Shown: positions 49,220 to 58,825, numbered from the stretch's first letter. The stretch: 64,000 nucleotides of DNA from an uncultured archaeon (GCA_964493715.1 CAZBPC010000010.1:278-64277), one strand, 5' to 3'. The notes: a model not told the origin generated them from the sequence alone. Program-made: numbers and translations.

Positions 49220-49843
49220 ATGAAAAAGATCGCAGTTGCTGTTCATGCAAACTTAAAATTTAATCTTAAAACTCTTGAGGGATTAAGAGGGCTTGATTAC
49301 CTGCATGTTGATGTTTCAGATGGACAGTTTACACCGGTAAGGAACCTCGATTTGGATGTATTTAGAATAATAAAAGAGAGATATGATATTCCTATCATCG
49401 CACACATGATGGTGATTAACCCCGAAAATTATATTGATGATATAATAGAACATCTCGAAATCTTCACATTCCATTACGAAATTAATGGAGATAAATTAGA
49501 GATCATTAACGAAATAAAAAGAAGAAGTAAATTAGTAGGGATGGCTCTCAACCCAGATACAAAAATTACGAATATAATTCCTTATCTAAATTTAATAGAT
49601 TTAGTATTAGTAATGTCAGTATATCCTGGTGAATCAGGGCAAAAATTTATTCCTGCTTCAATCGAAAAAGTTAAAAATTTAGCTTCTTGCAAAAATAAAT
49701 ATAACTTTTTAATAGATATTGATGGTGGGATTAATATAGAAAACGCTACTGGATTAAATGTTGATATTTTAAGCAGCACGAGTACCATATTGAATGCTAA
49801 AGATCCTAACTTAGTAATAGAATTGTTAAAGCATTCAAATTAA
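49220..49843 (+). CDS. rpe: Ribulose-phosphate 3-epimerase-like TIM-barrel protein
   Basis: [30 protein letters not shown] and DIDGGIN match the Rpe metal/phosphate motifs. Starts 5 nt after rpiA. Confidence 0.75.
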   Translation: MKKIAVAVHANLKFNLKTLEGLRGLDYLHVDVSDGQFTPVRNLDLDVFRIIKERYDIPIIAHMMVINPENYIDDIIEHLEIFTFHYEINGDKLEIINEIKRRSKLVGMALNPDTKITNIIPYLNLIDLVLVMSVYPGESGQKFIPASIEKVKNLASCKNKYNFLIDIDGGINIENATGLNVDILSSTSTILNAKDPNLVIELLKHSN

Positions 49844-49876
49844 TTTAAAAATTGAAAAAGAAAAAAAGAAATAAAT

Positions 49877-52800
49877 TTATTCTGTTATTTTCAATGATCT
49901 TCCACAGTTTGAACAAAACTTCTTCTGAGTCGCTAAAGGATAACCGCAATAGGGACAATATTCGAATGTAGATTTCTTTTCTTCCGATTGAGCTCTATAA
50001 GATGTCTCATCATAAGGGGAAGCATATGTACCCCATAGTTGAGGTTGAGACGTTGTTCTTCTTCTTCTGATGAACAGAAATAATAATAAAGCGATACCAA
50101 TAGCTACAATTATTCCTATGATTATAATCCAGGTCCAATCTATACCAGATCCCGCTTGAATTGATAAAATCAAGATAAAGTTTTCTGAAGCACCATCACT
50201 ATCAAATACAGTTAGTAATAAAATGGCAAGGTATCCTTCATCAGTGTCAAAATTGTAGTTTGTTTCAGTAGAGATAGATTTCGTACCCGTTATTGAGGAG
50301 TATTGAACTTCAAAGGGGATAATGAATGAACCCACTTGAGAATTGGATGTTGCTTGGTATTTGAATTCAGTAACAGGGAATGATCTAGGAAAAATAATTG
50401 AAATATATCCATCCTGTGTTGTAGACACAATGAAGAGGTTGACTGATACTCGCATTCCAGCACTATTACTATCTTCGAAGGACACGCTATCAAAAACACT
50501 TACGTTGAAATCAAATCGATTTCCTTGAGATGCGGTTACTACAAAAGTATTATTATCATTATGAGTATCTTCAAATCGAACATGTTGAGAGTTATCAATG
50601 CTGAACACGGATTTTGTCTCATCAAACTTAGGGGGGTTATTGATAATAGAAGAAAGAATTCTTGGTGAATTTGGATTAAGATAATTGGAATCTGGATCAG
50701 AAGGGATAATATATACTATAAAATCTCCAGAAGGATCACCAGGAATAGGAGTGTAAGTGGTAGAATAATTGGATGCTATATGGGTCATCGTATTAGTATT
50801 ATTTGTGGTCTGCTTTGTATTATAGTAAGAATATGTATAAGTTGCCATGTAAGCAATGACATCATAAATGTTATCATCTAATTGAGCATTGATATTTAAA
50901 GGTGAGAATCCCGTCCTTTCTACGGGGCTACTTACTGAAAAGCTGTTTATAAGAGGAATCTCTGTGGAATTATAATAAAGAAGCTTAATATTTTTATGAT
51001 ATGTTATCGTTCCTATTGTAATATTTACATTAATTATATAAGGAGTATAAGACGTGCTTGGCAATTCAAAAGTATTATTATAAGCAATCCCGTCACTAGT
51101 TGAGGTAGTCAAGATTTCCTCGTAATAACCACCATTCCGAATGGATATGTTTAAATGAGAATTTAAGTAACTAGATGAAATTGGGTCATTAGATACTTGA
51201 TCCCGCAAGAAAATCGTTAAATTGAGTTGAGGATTAGAGGTTCTTTCAGATTCTAATGCCAGGTTTATTGATATATTATCTTTCATTAAGAAGTATTCCA
51301 TCAAGTTAGATAATAATCTCGAGTGGTCGGGATTAGAATTAAAATCATCAAATAACCAATGAAGATCTCCAAATGCTACAAAACGACCTTTTCCCAAGGA
51401 ATTTCCATCAGAAACACTTACAACCTCTTTTCCATTTATGAAAGCTATTGAATCTGCCGCATTTGTTGTTGTAAATGTATTCCCATATTCCCATTTAAAA
51501 TCATTTACTCCACTAAATATTTGATGAGAGCTAAGATCATCTACAATTATGGGATCATATGAAGCACCAATTCCAAACCAAATCTCATTGATAATAGTTT
51601 CTTTGTTAACCGAGACATTCACATCTAAAACAGAGAAGAGTGAATTTATATTGTCAACGCATAACTCATTGTGACGCGTGCCAAGAAATAAGATATTCCC
51701 TCCATTATCATAGTAATTTTTCAAATTTTCCATTTCTAAAGAACTGTAAGGCAATATGGGTGTTTGTAGAACTATTAAATCATACTGTGAAACACGTTCT
51801 TCAGTAAGTATAGAATTATCAGCACTTTTGTCGTAGTACGGAGTCCAATATTGTGCTCCATAATCAATTGAGATGTTTAGATTCATCATCTCTTTCATTG
51901 CGTTATAAAAATCCACCTGATAATAAGAAAATGCAGGAAACCAATCATTTAAGCCATGATATGATTCCATCAAGATCTTATAATCAGGTAACCGCACATC
52001 AATCGTGACTTCGATAGAGTCAAAGAGAGTAGGACCACCAGTTATATTTAACATGAATGTTCTAATGCCAATGGAAGCATTCTGTTCAATTTTAATGCCT
52101 AATGAAATTACCATTTCACCAGCGCTTGAAAAATTAGCCTGTGATTTATCTAGAGATAAAATTAAACCATCAACTTCATTAGGGATATTAATTTCAAGAT
52201 CTTGACCTTTCCCAGAATAGAGCGTGATATTGAAAACTTGATAATCTCCTGGAAAATTTAAAAGATCATAAGGTTCTACCGGTAATTCATCCGGAAAGAG
52301 ATTAGCAGCATTATTTACATCCGAAAAAGTCTCATTTATATCGTGCAAATATTCCAATGACGCAGATACATTAATTATTCCCGCTCCATATTTTAAATAT
52401 TCGTGTTCTTCATTAGAAATTTTCCGTGCTCCTTCTAATAGCGCAATTCTAGCGGTTTCGGGAGTTATAGTCGGATATGCCTGTTTTAATACTGCAATTG
52501 CTCCTGATACTATTGGACATGACATACTCGTTCCACTCAAAGGAATGTAATCAGCATCCCCAGCAAAATCAAAATAATCACCAATATACCGCATTTCTTT
52601 TGAAATTACAGAATTAGGTGCCTCTGTTGAAATTAAATCAACTCCAGGAGCTACGACATCGGGGTACCCCAAATAAGACATTGTTGGACCCCAACTACTA
52701 AATGAGGCTAATGTATCCGAAGAATCTGTGGCACCCACTGAAATGATCTCTACTCCTGATGCAGGACTACCACCTGTGAAATATCCAGGACCATCATTAC

Positions 52801-53827
52801 CTGCTGCCGCTACTAATATCACGCTATTATTTACTATGGCAGACATAGTTAGCGTCATGGGATCATTTGCGTCTGGAAGACCTCCTCCAAAGCTCATGGA
52901 AATAATGTCTGCACCAGCTCCTCCACTCCCTTCATCTTTAACACACCAATCCACTGCATTAATGATATCTCCTTCTTCCAACCCTGAAAAGTTTCCTGCA
53001 CGAGCACTAATTAATGAAACTCCAGGTGCTACTCCTCTATATTGCCCACCTGATGCGCCTCCATCGCTTCCAATAAGTCCAGCCACATGTGTTCCGTGAC
53101 CATAGTCATCTATATCAACAAGAGGGCTTTCACCACTTACAAAACTTCTATTCATAACAAGATTAAGATCGGGATGATTATAAATTCCAGTATCGATAAC
53201 AGCTACTCTAACTCCCGTTCCATCATATGCAAGACTTTCAGCTCCAATTGCAGGAATCCACCAATTCGGATAACTACTCTTGCTTAGCGAGCTCGTTTCA
53301 GGGAGATCCGAATTGATATACGGATAATCATATAGTTGAGAGTTGTAGATCTTCTTGATGCTATCGATATTAGATAAAATTACCTCTTTTTTAGCTAACT
53401 CTTCTAATGATAATGATAAATATGCTCCGGAAATGATGTCGTAATTACCAAGAATTTCAAATTCATCGAAAACTGAATTTATAATGTCTAATCTATGATC
53501 TTTCTCGACATTCTCTTTGAAAATTATAATAATTTTGACTTTCTGAGATTTAGAATTTGAACTATTTGATAATAATTGGTTTAAATCTGAATCAAAAATA
53601 GAATTTTCAGCATGATTGTTCAAATTTGGTTTCAAGGAATCACTGGAAGCATAAACAGAATTCAATATTGATTGTAATTCTGGATTAATATTGACTCTTT
53701 TATAATTGATCTCATTGGTCATACTGTTACCTCTGGATGCCATAATTGGAATAAGAAGCATGCACACCATGATATAACATAGAATTAAACCTTGTTTTTT
53801 TAGTCTAAAATTTTTCATAGGTATCAA
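49877..53827 (-). CDS. Membrane-anchored subtilisin-family (S8) serine protease with a cytoplasmic zinc-ribbon tail
   Basis: N-terminal signal/anchor. Catalytic residues in VAVIDTGI (Asp), HGTHVAG (His), AAAGNDGPG (Asn) and SGTSMSCP (Ser). About 750 aa of Asn/Ser-rich extracellular region, then TM WTWIIIIGIIVAIGIALLLFLFI-RRRR and YCPYCGYPLATQKKFCSNCGRSL. Confidence 0.9.
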   Translation of the reverse strand: MIPMKNFRLKKQGLILCYIMVCMLLIPIMASRGNSMTNEINYKRVNINPELQSILNSVYASSDSLKPNLNNHAENSIFDSDLNQLLSNSSNSKSQKVKIIIIFKENVEKDHRLDIINSVFDEFEILGNYDIISGAYLSLSLEELAKKEVILSNIDSIKKIYNSQLYDYPYINSDLPETSSLSKSSYPNWWIPAIGAESLAYDGTGVRVAVIDTGIYNHPDLNLVMNRSFVSGESPLVDIDDYGHGTHVAGLIGSDGGASGGQYRGVAPGVSLISARAGNFSGLEEGDIINAVDWCVKDEGSGGAGADIISMSFGGGLPDANDPMTLTMSAIVNNSVILVAAAGNDGPGYFTGGSPASGVEIISVGATDSSDTLASFSSWGPTMSYLGYPDVVAPGVDLISTEAPNSVISKEMRYIGDYFDFAGDADYIPLSGTSMSCPIVSGAIAVLKQAYPTITPETARIALLEGARKISNEEHEYLKYGAGIINVSASLEYLHDINETFSDVNNAANLFPDELPVEPYDLLNFPGDYQVFNITLYSGKGQDLEINIPNEVDGLILSLDKSQANFSSAGEMVISLGIKIEQNASIGIRTFMLNITGGPTLFDSIEVTIDVRLPDYKILMESYHGLNDWFPAFSYYQVDFYNAMKEMMNLNISIDYGAQYWTPYYDKSADNSILTEERVSQYDLIVLQTPILPYSSLEMENLKNYYDNGGNILFLGTRHNELCVDNINSLFSVLDVNVSVNKETIINEIWFGIGASYDPIIVDDLSSHQIFSGVNDFKWEYGNTFTTTNAADSIAFINGKEVVSVSDGNSLGKGRFVAFGDLHWLFDDFNSNPDHSRLLSNLMEYFLMKDNISINLALESERTSNPQLNLTIFLRDQVSNDPISSSYLNSHLNISIRNGGYYEEILTTSTSDGIAYNNTFELPSTSYTPYIINVNITIGTITYHKNIKLLYYNSTEIPLINSFSVSSPVERTGFSPLNINAQLDDNIYDVIAYMATYTYSYYNTKQTTNNTNTMTHIASNYSTTYTPIPGDPSGDFIVYIIPSDPDSNYLNPNSPRILSSIINNPPKFDETKSVFSIDNSQHVRFEDTHNDNNTFVVTASQGNRFDFNVSVFDSVSFEDSNSAGMRVSVNLFIVSTTQDGYISIIFPRSFPVTEFKYQATSNSQVGSFIIPFEVQYSSITGTKSISTETNYNFDTDEGYLAILLLTVFDSDGASENFILILSIQAGSGIDWTWIIIIGIIVAIGIALLLFLFIRRRRTTSQPQLWGTYASPYDETSYRAQSEEKKSTFEYCPYCGYPLATQKKFCSNCGRSLKITE

Positions 53828-53932
53828 ATATGAACTTGGTTATTTATTTTTTCTTCTAATAACTCAAAAACCATAATTTTTTTTAAAAATTGTTTATTAT
53901 TATTAGTACTGTCGACATATCACCGAAAAAAT

Positions 53933-54035
53933 GGGCCTGTGGATTAGTCGCAGATAATGAAAAAAAAATTCTCTTTTTTTCTGCATCGCTTCCTTGGCAT
54001 GGAAGAGGCCGGGGGTTCAATTCCCCCCAGGTCCA
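53933..54035 (+). tRNA. tRNA-Ala(GGC) with a ~30-nt insertion (putative intron) in the D-loop
   Basis: Acceptor GGGCCTG/CAGGTCC with G3-U70 and A73. Anticodon arm CTTCC-TTGGCAT-GGAAG (53989-54005), variable AGGCC, T arm GGGGG-TTCAATT-CCCCC. 38 nt lie between the two D-stem strands where 8-10 are expected. No encoded CCA. Confidence 0.65.
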
Positions 54036-54150
54036 CTAATTTATATTTTCATTAAATTCTCGATATTCGAGTATAAAAGTGATGTATGGCAAAAAATAAA
54101 ATGTATTATGCAAGTATTAGTTAGATAATATGAGAGGATATATGAAAGGC

Positions 54151-54170
54151 CGTGAAATCCCGATTTCACG
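54151..54170. repeat. Near-perfect palindrome CGTGAAATC-CC-GATTTCACG downstream of the LRR gene
   Basis: 9-bp arms read directly, 34 nt beyond the LRR stop codon (minus strand). Function unknown (terminator hairpin or protein-binding site). Confidence 0.3.
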
Positions 54171-54203
54171 ATCATCTGAAAAATTTAAAAATAGGAATTA
54201 AAT

Positions 54204-55064
54204 TTATTTCGCATTCTTCCACTCTTTATAGGACGACAACAGATTTTTGACATCATCAATACCCATGACATCGTTTGAAAAACCACCCTCTATTGGATTA
54301 AATCCAAGGAAAAGAAGTTTGAGCTTTATAAGGTTATCCAAACCTTTGATTTCTGTAATTTGATTTCCGTCAAGATACAAATTTTCTAAGTTAATCAATT
54401 TATCTAGCCCTTTTATCTCCTTGATCTTATTATTATCAAAATGCAAGGTGTCAATTTTGACGAGGGAGTCTAATCCTTTAATCTCTTGGATTTGATTGTT
54501 ATCAAGAAATAACCACTCAAGATTTAATAGTTCATCTACCCCAGTTATCTCCGTTATCTGATTACGTCGAAGAATTAAAACCTTAAGATGTTCTAAATTA
54601 TTTAACCCTTCCATTTGTTTGATTTGATTCTTATTAATGTCTAACCGAAGAAGATTTATCTGCGAGTCTAAACCTTTTATTGTTGAAATTTTATTTTCAT
54701 TAAGCTCTAACCATGCAAGGTTTACTAATGAATCTAGTCCATTAATCTCGGAGATTTGATTATTATTCGCAAATATTCTATCAAGGTTTGTTAACGTTTC
54801 AATTCCTGCCAAACTTTTAATTTGATTGTTATTAAGAAACAGTTGTTTAATTTGGGGGATTTGATCCAACCCGTATAATTCTGTAAGCTGATTATTAGAA
54901 AGATCTATAGCCTCGAGTTTTTTCAGTTTTTCTAATCCCTGAATTTCCGAAATATTATTAATATTTAAGTTTGAAAGATTTAATCTAGGAAGACCTATTT
55001 CTACTTTTACTAACACTTTTTTACCTTTTACCTTTACTGATCCTAATCCCATTTTTATGCTCAC
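54204..55064 (-). CDS. Leucine-rich repeat protein (22-residue SDS22/internalin-like repeats)
   Basis: Ten consecutive 22-aa units of the form LxxLxxLxLxxNqIxeIxGLdx, e.g. LVNLAWLELNENKISTIKGLDS. No signal peptide is evident. Confidence 0.85.
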   Translation of the reverse strand: MSIKMGLGSVKVKGKKVLVKVEIGLPRLNLSNLNINNISEIQGLEKLKKLEAIDLSNNQLTELYGLDQIPQIKQLFLNNNQIKSLAGIETLTNLDRIFANNNQISEINGLDSLVNLAWLELNENKISTIKGLDSQINLLRLDINKNQIKQMEGLNNLEHLKVLILRRNQITEITGVDELLNLEWLFLDNNQIQEIKGLDSLVKIDTLHFDNNKIKEIKGLDKLINLENLYLDGNQITEIKGLDNLIKLKLLFLGFNPIEGGFSNDVMGIDDVKNLLSSYKEWKNAK

Positions 55065-55173
55065 ATAGTTGAGGAATAACTTTTGAAATCTATCTTAATA
55101 TTTGAATGCTTCTTTAAACCTTTTCCAACTTATAGTTTTTAAGAAATTATTAACTACGATATAATGAAAAAAT

Positions 55174-55896
55174 ATGAAGAATAATAAGAGAAAAATGAAA
55201 TCATATAGGATTGGAATTTTAGGTGGTATGAGTTATGAATCTACTATAAAGTATTATGATCTCATTTTAGAAAAGTATTATGAAAAAATGCATGATTATA
55301 ATTATCCCGAATTAATAATATTTAGCCTAAATTTTCAAAAAATAATTGATCTTGAACATAACGATGATAGAAAACGGTATATCAACTATTTAATAGAGGG
55401 GATCAATGCTCTAGAACAAGCAGGGTCTGATGTTATCATGATGGCAGCAAATTCACCTCATGCAGTTTATGAGGATTTAGTTCAATTAGCGAGAGTTCCA
55501 ATACTTAGCATTGTCAAAGCTACATTAGAGAAAGCACAACAAGAGAATTTAAAAAAATTATTACTACTAGGTATAAAATTTACCATGCAATCCACATTTT
55601 ATCAAGATGTTTTTGCTAAAGAAGGAATTGAGGTAATAACACCCTTAGATGAAGAACAGGATGAGCTAAATCGAATTATTTTTAAAGAATTAGTCGTTGG
55701 ACTTTTCAAAGGTGAATCTAAGAGTAACATAATAAGGATTATTAATAATTATAAAACTGATGGAGTTATTTTAGGATGCACTGAACTTCCTTTAATTATA
55801 AGTCAAATGGATACTCCAGTTAAATTATTAAATACTTTAAATTTGCACGTTGAAGCGGTTCTCAATCGATATTTCAAAATAATATCTACCAAATAG
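55174..55896 (+). CDS. Asp/Glu racemase-superfamily protein (YgeA-like) lacking the first catalytic Cys
   Basis: IGILGGMSYESTIKYY and ILGCTELPL are conserved. The first catalytic position reads MMAANSPH, where canonical aspartate racemases have CNTAH. Confidence 0.75.
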   Translation: MKNNKRKMKSYRIGILGGMSYESTIKYYDLILEKYYEKMHDYNYPELIIFSLNFQKIIDLEHNDDRKRYINYLIEGINALEQAGSDVIMMAANSPHAVYEDLVQLARVPILSIVKATLEKAQQENLKKLLLLGIKFTMQSTFYQDVFAKEGIEVITPLDEEQDELNRIIFKELVVGLFKGESKSNIIRIINNYKTDGVILGCTELPLIISQMDTPVKLLNTLNLHVEAVLNRYFKIISTK

Positions 55897-56015
55897 ACTT
55901 AGATTAACTAATAAATGTTGTTTTTACCGTCTGTAACCTTTTTTAAGTCCCAAATGCTATTTATCATATTAACTATTAAGGGTAATTTCTTATTGGACGC
56001 TTAAAACTAACTCAA

Positions 56016-58268
56016 GTGAAATTAAAAGACTTTGCTCCAATCATTTTAGTCATGGTACTGCTTTTTATTTCGACAGCTTGTGCTAGCATGCTAATTCCTA
56101 GTTATGCAACAATACAAAAAGAGTTTAAGATTAGCGAATCAGTAATTGCAATTCCAGATGCGTTCTTTGTCTTAGTAAGTGCTCTTTTTGCGTTAGTGTG
56201 GGGATATTACACTGATAGAATTAATCGAACAAAAGTAATCATGGCCGGTGCCTTTTCATGGACATTTGGAATGATGCTAACAGCATTTTCAAATTCTTTT
56301 TTCATGTTGATCATTTCAAGGGTTGCAAGTGGTGCAGGACTTGGGTGTGTTTTACCAGTTGGTTATTCTATTATCTCAGATGCCATTCCTCCAAAGGAGA
56401 GATCAGGATGGTTTGGTACATTAGCTATTTTAAGTTCTTTATCAAATGGAGCAGGGCAAGGATTATCATCATTTATCGGACCTATTTTAACATGGAGGTT
56501 TCCATTCATTTTGTTTGCTGGTATAAGTATAATCGTAATAATTGTTCTTTTTTTCGTGAAAATCCCACAAAGAGGAGCAAGTGAAGATGAGCTATTAGAG
56601 TTAGTAGAATTAGATTTGGAATATAGTTATAGAATTTCTAAGAAAGATCTGATAAACATTGTTAAACAAAAGTCCAATCGCTATCTAATTATTCAAGGTT
56701 TCTTTGCAATAATACCTGGCACAATTTTGGTATATTTTACAACATCAATGTTATCCCTTCAATTTTTTTATCAAATTCCTACTGAAATTAGATTACAAAC
56801 TTCTGCTATCTTTGCAGGGATGATAGGTATAGGTTATATACTTGGAAATTCCATATTTTCTCAATTAGGTGATTATCTTTTTCGGAAAAATAAAAAAAAT
56901 AGAGTTAGATTGGGAACAATATGTCTAATCCTTTCCATTCCATTTGCAATCGTCATGTTTCTTTCGTTGCAACCTATTGATGTTAGTCTCCTTGATATCA
57001 ACTATCCAGTACTACCAGAAACCATTCCAACTGGAGAAATGTTTTCCTTCATTCTTCAAACGATAGGGCAAATTTTCTTAACTTACCCAAGTTATATAGT
57101 TTTTCTGATATTTGCCCTTATTGGTTCAATGCTATCAGCAGGACCTGTTGCTAACAGGAATGCGGTAATGATCGACATAAACATGCCAGAGCATAAAGGA
57201 ACTGCTGCGTCCTTTTTTAAACTTTCAGAACTATTAGGGAAGGGTATCACGTTATTGGTCTCATATCCATTGATTACTTTCCTCGGAAGTATCTTTAATA
57301 TGTTGTTTATCTCAATATTCCTCTGGCTACCCGCTGCTGTTTTATGGATATTTGCTAGTAAATATGTAGAAAAAGATATGAATGATAAGACCAAAATCTT
57401 ATCAGAAAGGAAACAATTGAGTATAATAGATTACATTTTTGAATTAGAAATACAAATGGATCGAGCTGTGCAAAAATTTCAAGATTCAAAATACTACATT
57501 TTTAATGATCCTATAAAATTCAATAAATTAGTAGATGAGGCGATTGAAATATTAAATCATATCGAAAAATTAGGAAGATCTAGGAGCATAACTGAAATTC
57601 AAGAAAAAGCGAACAAATTGAACATAAAAGCAACGTCTATTAAGCAAATGGCAACTCAAATTTATTCTATTTTGCAGGGTGAGGAAATTAAACCCGCAGA
57701 AAAAGAATTACTAAATGAGGATCTAAGACAGATTGAACTTATGATTAGTGAAGGTGAAAAAAGTACCTTCGGTCAATTACAGATATATTACGAGGATGCT
57801 TACCTAAAGATTATTGAAGCTCGTCTTTTTCGAAAAAGTGATCTAATAAGGAGTCTTGATTTGATAAATAAAGCATTAAAAATCTATGAAAGAGTAAAAA
57901 ACTTATTAAATGAACGATTAGAAGCAATCAAAGATAATCTTGAGATTTCTGAAGAAGATCAATTTGTTTTTAAGAAAGAGAAAGAATTACTCGAAAAATG
58001 TACTAAATCATTAGATGCAACGAGTAAATTAAAAGAAGAATTTGAAGATCTTATCCAGCAACTTGAAGATAAAGGTATTATGCAACAAGATTTAGAAAAA
58101 ATCTCTAACTTGACTTTAGAATATGGAGTAGATCTAAATAAAATTATAATGGAAACTTTTGGGCAAGATGAAAAAATTGAAATGGCGTTCATTGATATTT
58201 TAACAAAAATTAGCAATATTTTTGATGAATACGATACTTGGAAGGATGTCGAAACAAAAATATTTTAA
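56016..58268 (+). CDS. MFS transporter fused to a roughly 290-aa helical/coiled-coil cytoplasmic domain
   Basis: N-terminal 12-TM MFS core with GYYTDRINRTKVIM loop motif. From about residue 455 the sequence is soluble, E/K/L/I-rich and heptad-like. GTG start. Confidence 0.75.
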   Translation: MKLKDFAPIILVMVLLFISTACASMLIPSYATIQKEFKISESVIAIPDAFFVLVSALFALVWGYYTDRINRTKVIMAGAFSWTFGMMLTAFSNSFFMLIISRVASGAGLGCVLPVGYSIISDAIPPKERSGWFGTLAILSSLSNGAGQGLSSFIGPILTWRFPFILFAGISIIVIIVLFFVKIPQRGASEDELLELVELDLEYSYRISKKDLINIVKQKSNRYLIIQGFFAIIPGTILVYFTTSMLSLQFFYQIPTEIRLQTSAIFAGMIGIGYILGNSIFSQLGDYLFRKNKKNRVRLGTICLILSIPFAIVMFLSLQPIDVSLLDINYPVLPETIPTGEMFSFILQTIGQIFLTYPSYIVFLIFALIGSMLSAGPVANRNAVMIDINMPEHKGTAASFFKLSELLGKGITLLVSYPLITFLGSIFNMLFISIFLWLPAAVLWIFASKYVEKDMNDKTKILSERKQLSIIDYIFELEIQMDRAVQKFQDSKYYIFNDPIKFNKLVDEAIEILNHIEKLGRSRSITEIQEKANKLNIKATSIKQMATQIYSILQGEEIKPAEKELLNEDLRQIELMISEGEKSTFGQLQIYYEDAYLKIIEARLFRKSDLIRSLDLINKALKIYERVKNLLNERLEAIKDNLEISEEDQFVFKKEKELLEKCTKSLDATSKLKEEFEDLIQQLEDKGIMQQDLEKISNLTLEYGVDLNKIIMETFGQDEKIEMAFIDILTKISNIFDEYDTWKDVETKIF

Positions 58269-58275
58269 AAATGAG

Positions 58276-58575
58276 CTAATTTAAGAATTCAGTAGTAAGC
58301 ATATCTTTAAGAGCATTTCTTTCTTCCAGAGGAAGATCATTTACATCTTTTCCACTACTGCAATAATGATCTGGACCGTGACTGTCCGAAAATAAATTTA
58401 CTAATAAGATTAGACAATTCTTTAGGTTTAACTCATCCGTTCGACTTTCGTTAAAACTAGTCATCAGTTTAATAAGGAGTTTACTGAGCCAAATTTTGTT
58501 CATATCAACTGGATTAACATCCTCACCAGTAATATTCCTATTATAAAAATCTAATATCTGATCTATGCAATCCAT
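58276..58575 (-). CDS. Hypothetical protein
   Basis: 99-aa ORF. No family recognised. Confidence 0.35.
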   Translation of the reverse strand: MDCIDQILDFYNRNITGEDVNPVDMNKIWLSKLLIKLMTSFNESRTDELNLKNCLILLVNLFSDSHGPDHYCSSGKDVNDLPLEERNALKDMLTTEFLN

Positions 58576-58825
58576 TATGCTATAAACCCATAACCCGTTT
58601 CGGAATTCATCTATTTAATGTAAAAATTCGAACATTTTTAAATGTATTCCTACTATACATGAGACTTCTAATATAAAAACATTTTTGATTTATTTTCACA
58701 AGAAGTGAGGGAAAATCATCATTTTTGATTTAATCATCAATCAAACGTAAAAAATGTGACTATGAGATACATAAAAAATATCTTCAAAGAAGTGAATTCA
58801 AGATGATATTGATAAAAAATAAGCT

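Noticed and set aside
52728-53099. 123-aa Pro/Ala-rich plus-strand ORF
   Set aside because: It is antisense to the Gly-rich catalytic core of the S8 protease gene. The proline richness is the mirror image of glycine codons.
54204-55064. Regular ~66-bp periodic repeats that could be mistaken for a CRISPR-like or tandem-repeat array
   Set aside because: The periodicity is the 22-codon LRR unit of one continuous ORF. The units have no repeat-spacer structure.
56258-56584. 108-aa plus-strand ORF in an alternative frame inside the MFS gene
   Set aside because: It overlaps the MFS core, which has TM periodicity and the MFS loop motif. The Cys/Trp-rich composition is unlike the real proteins here.
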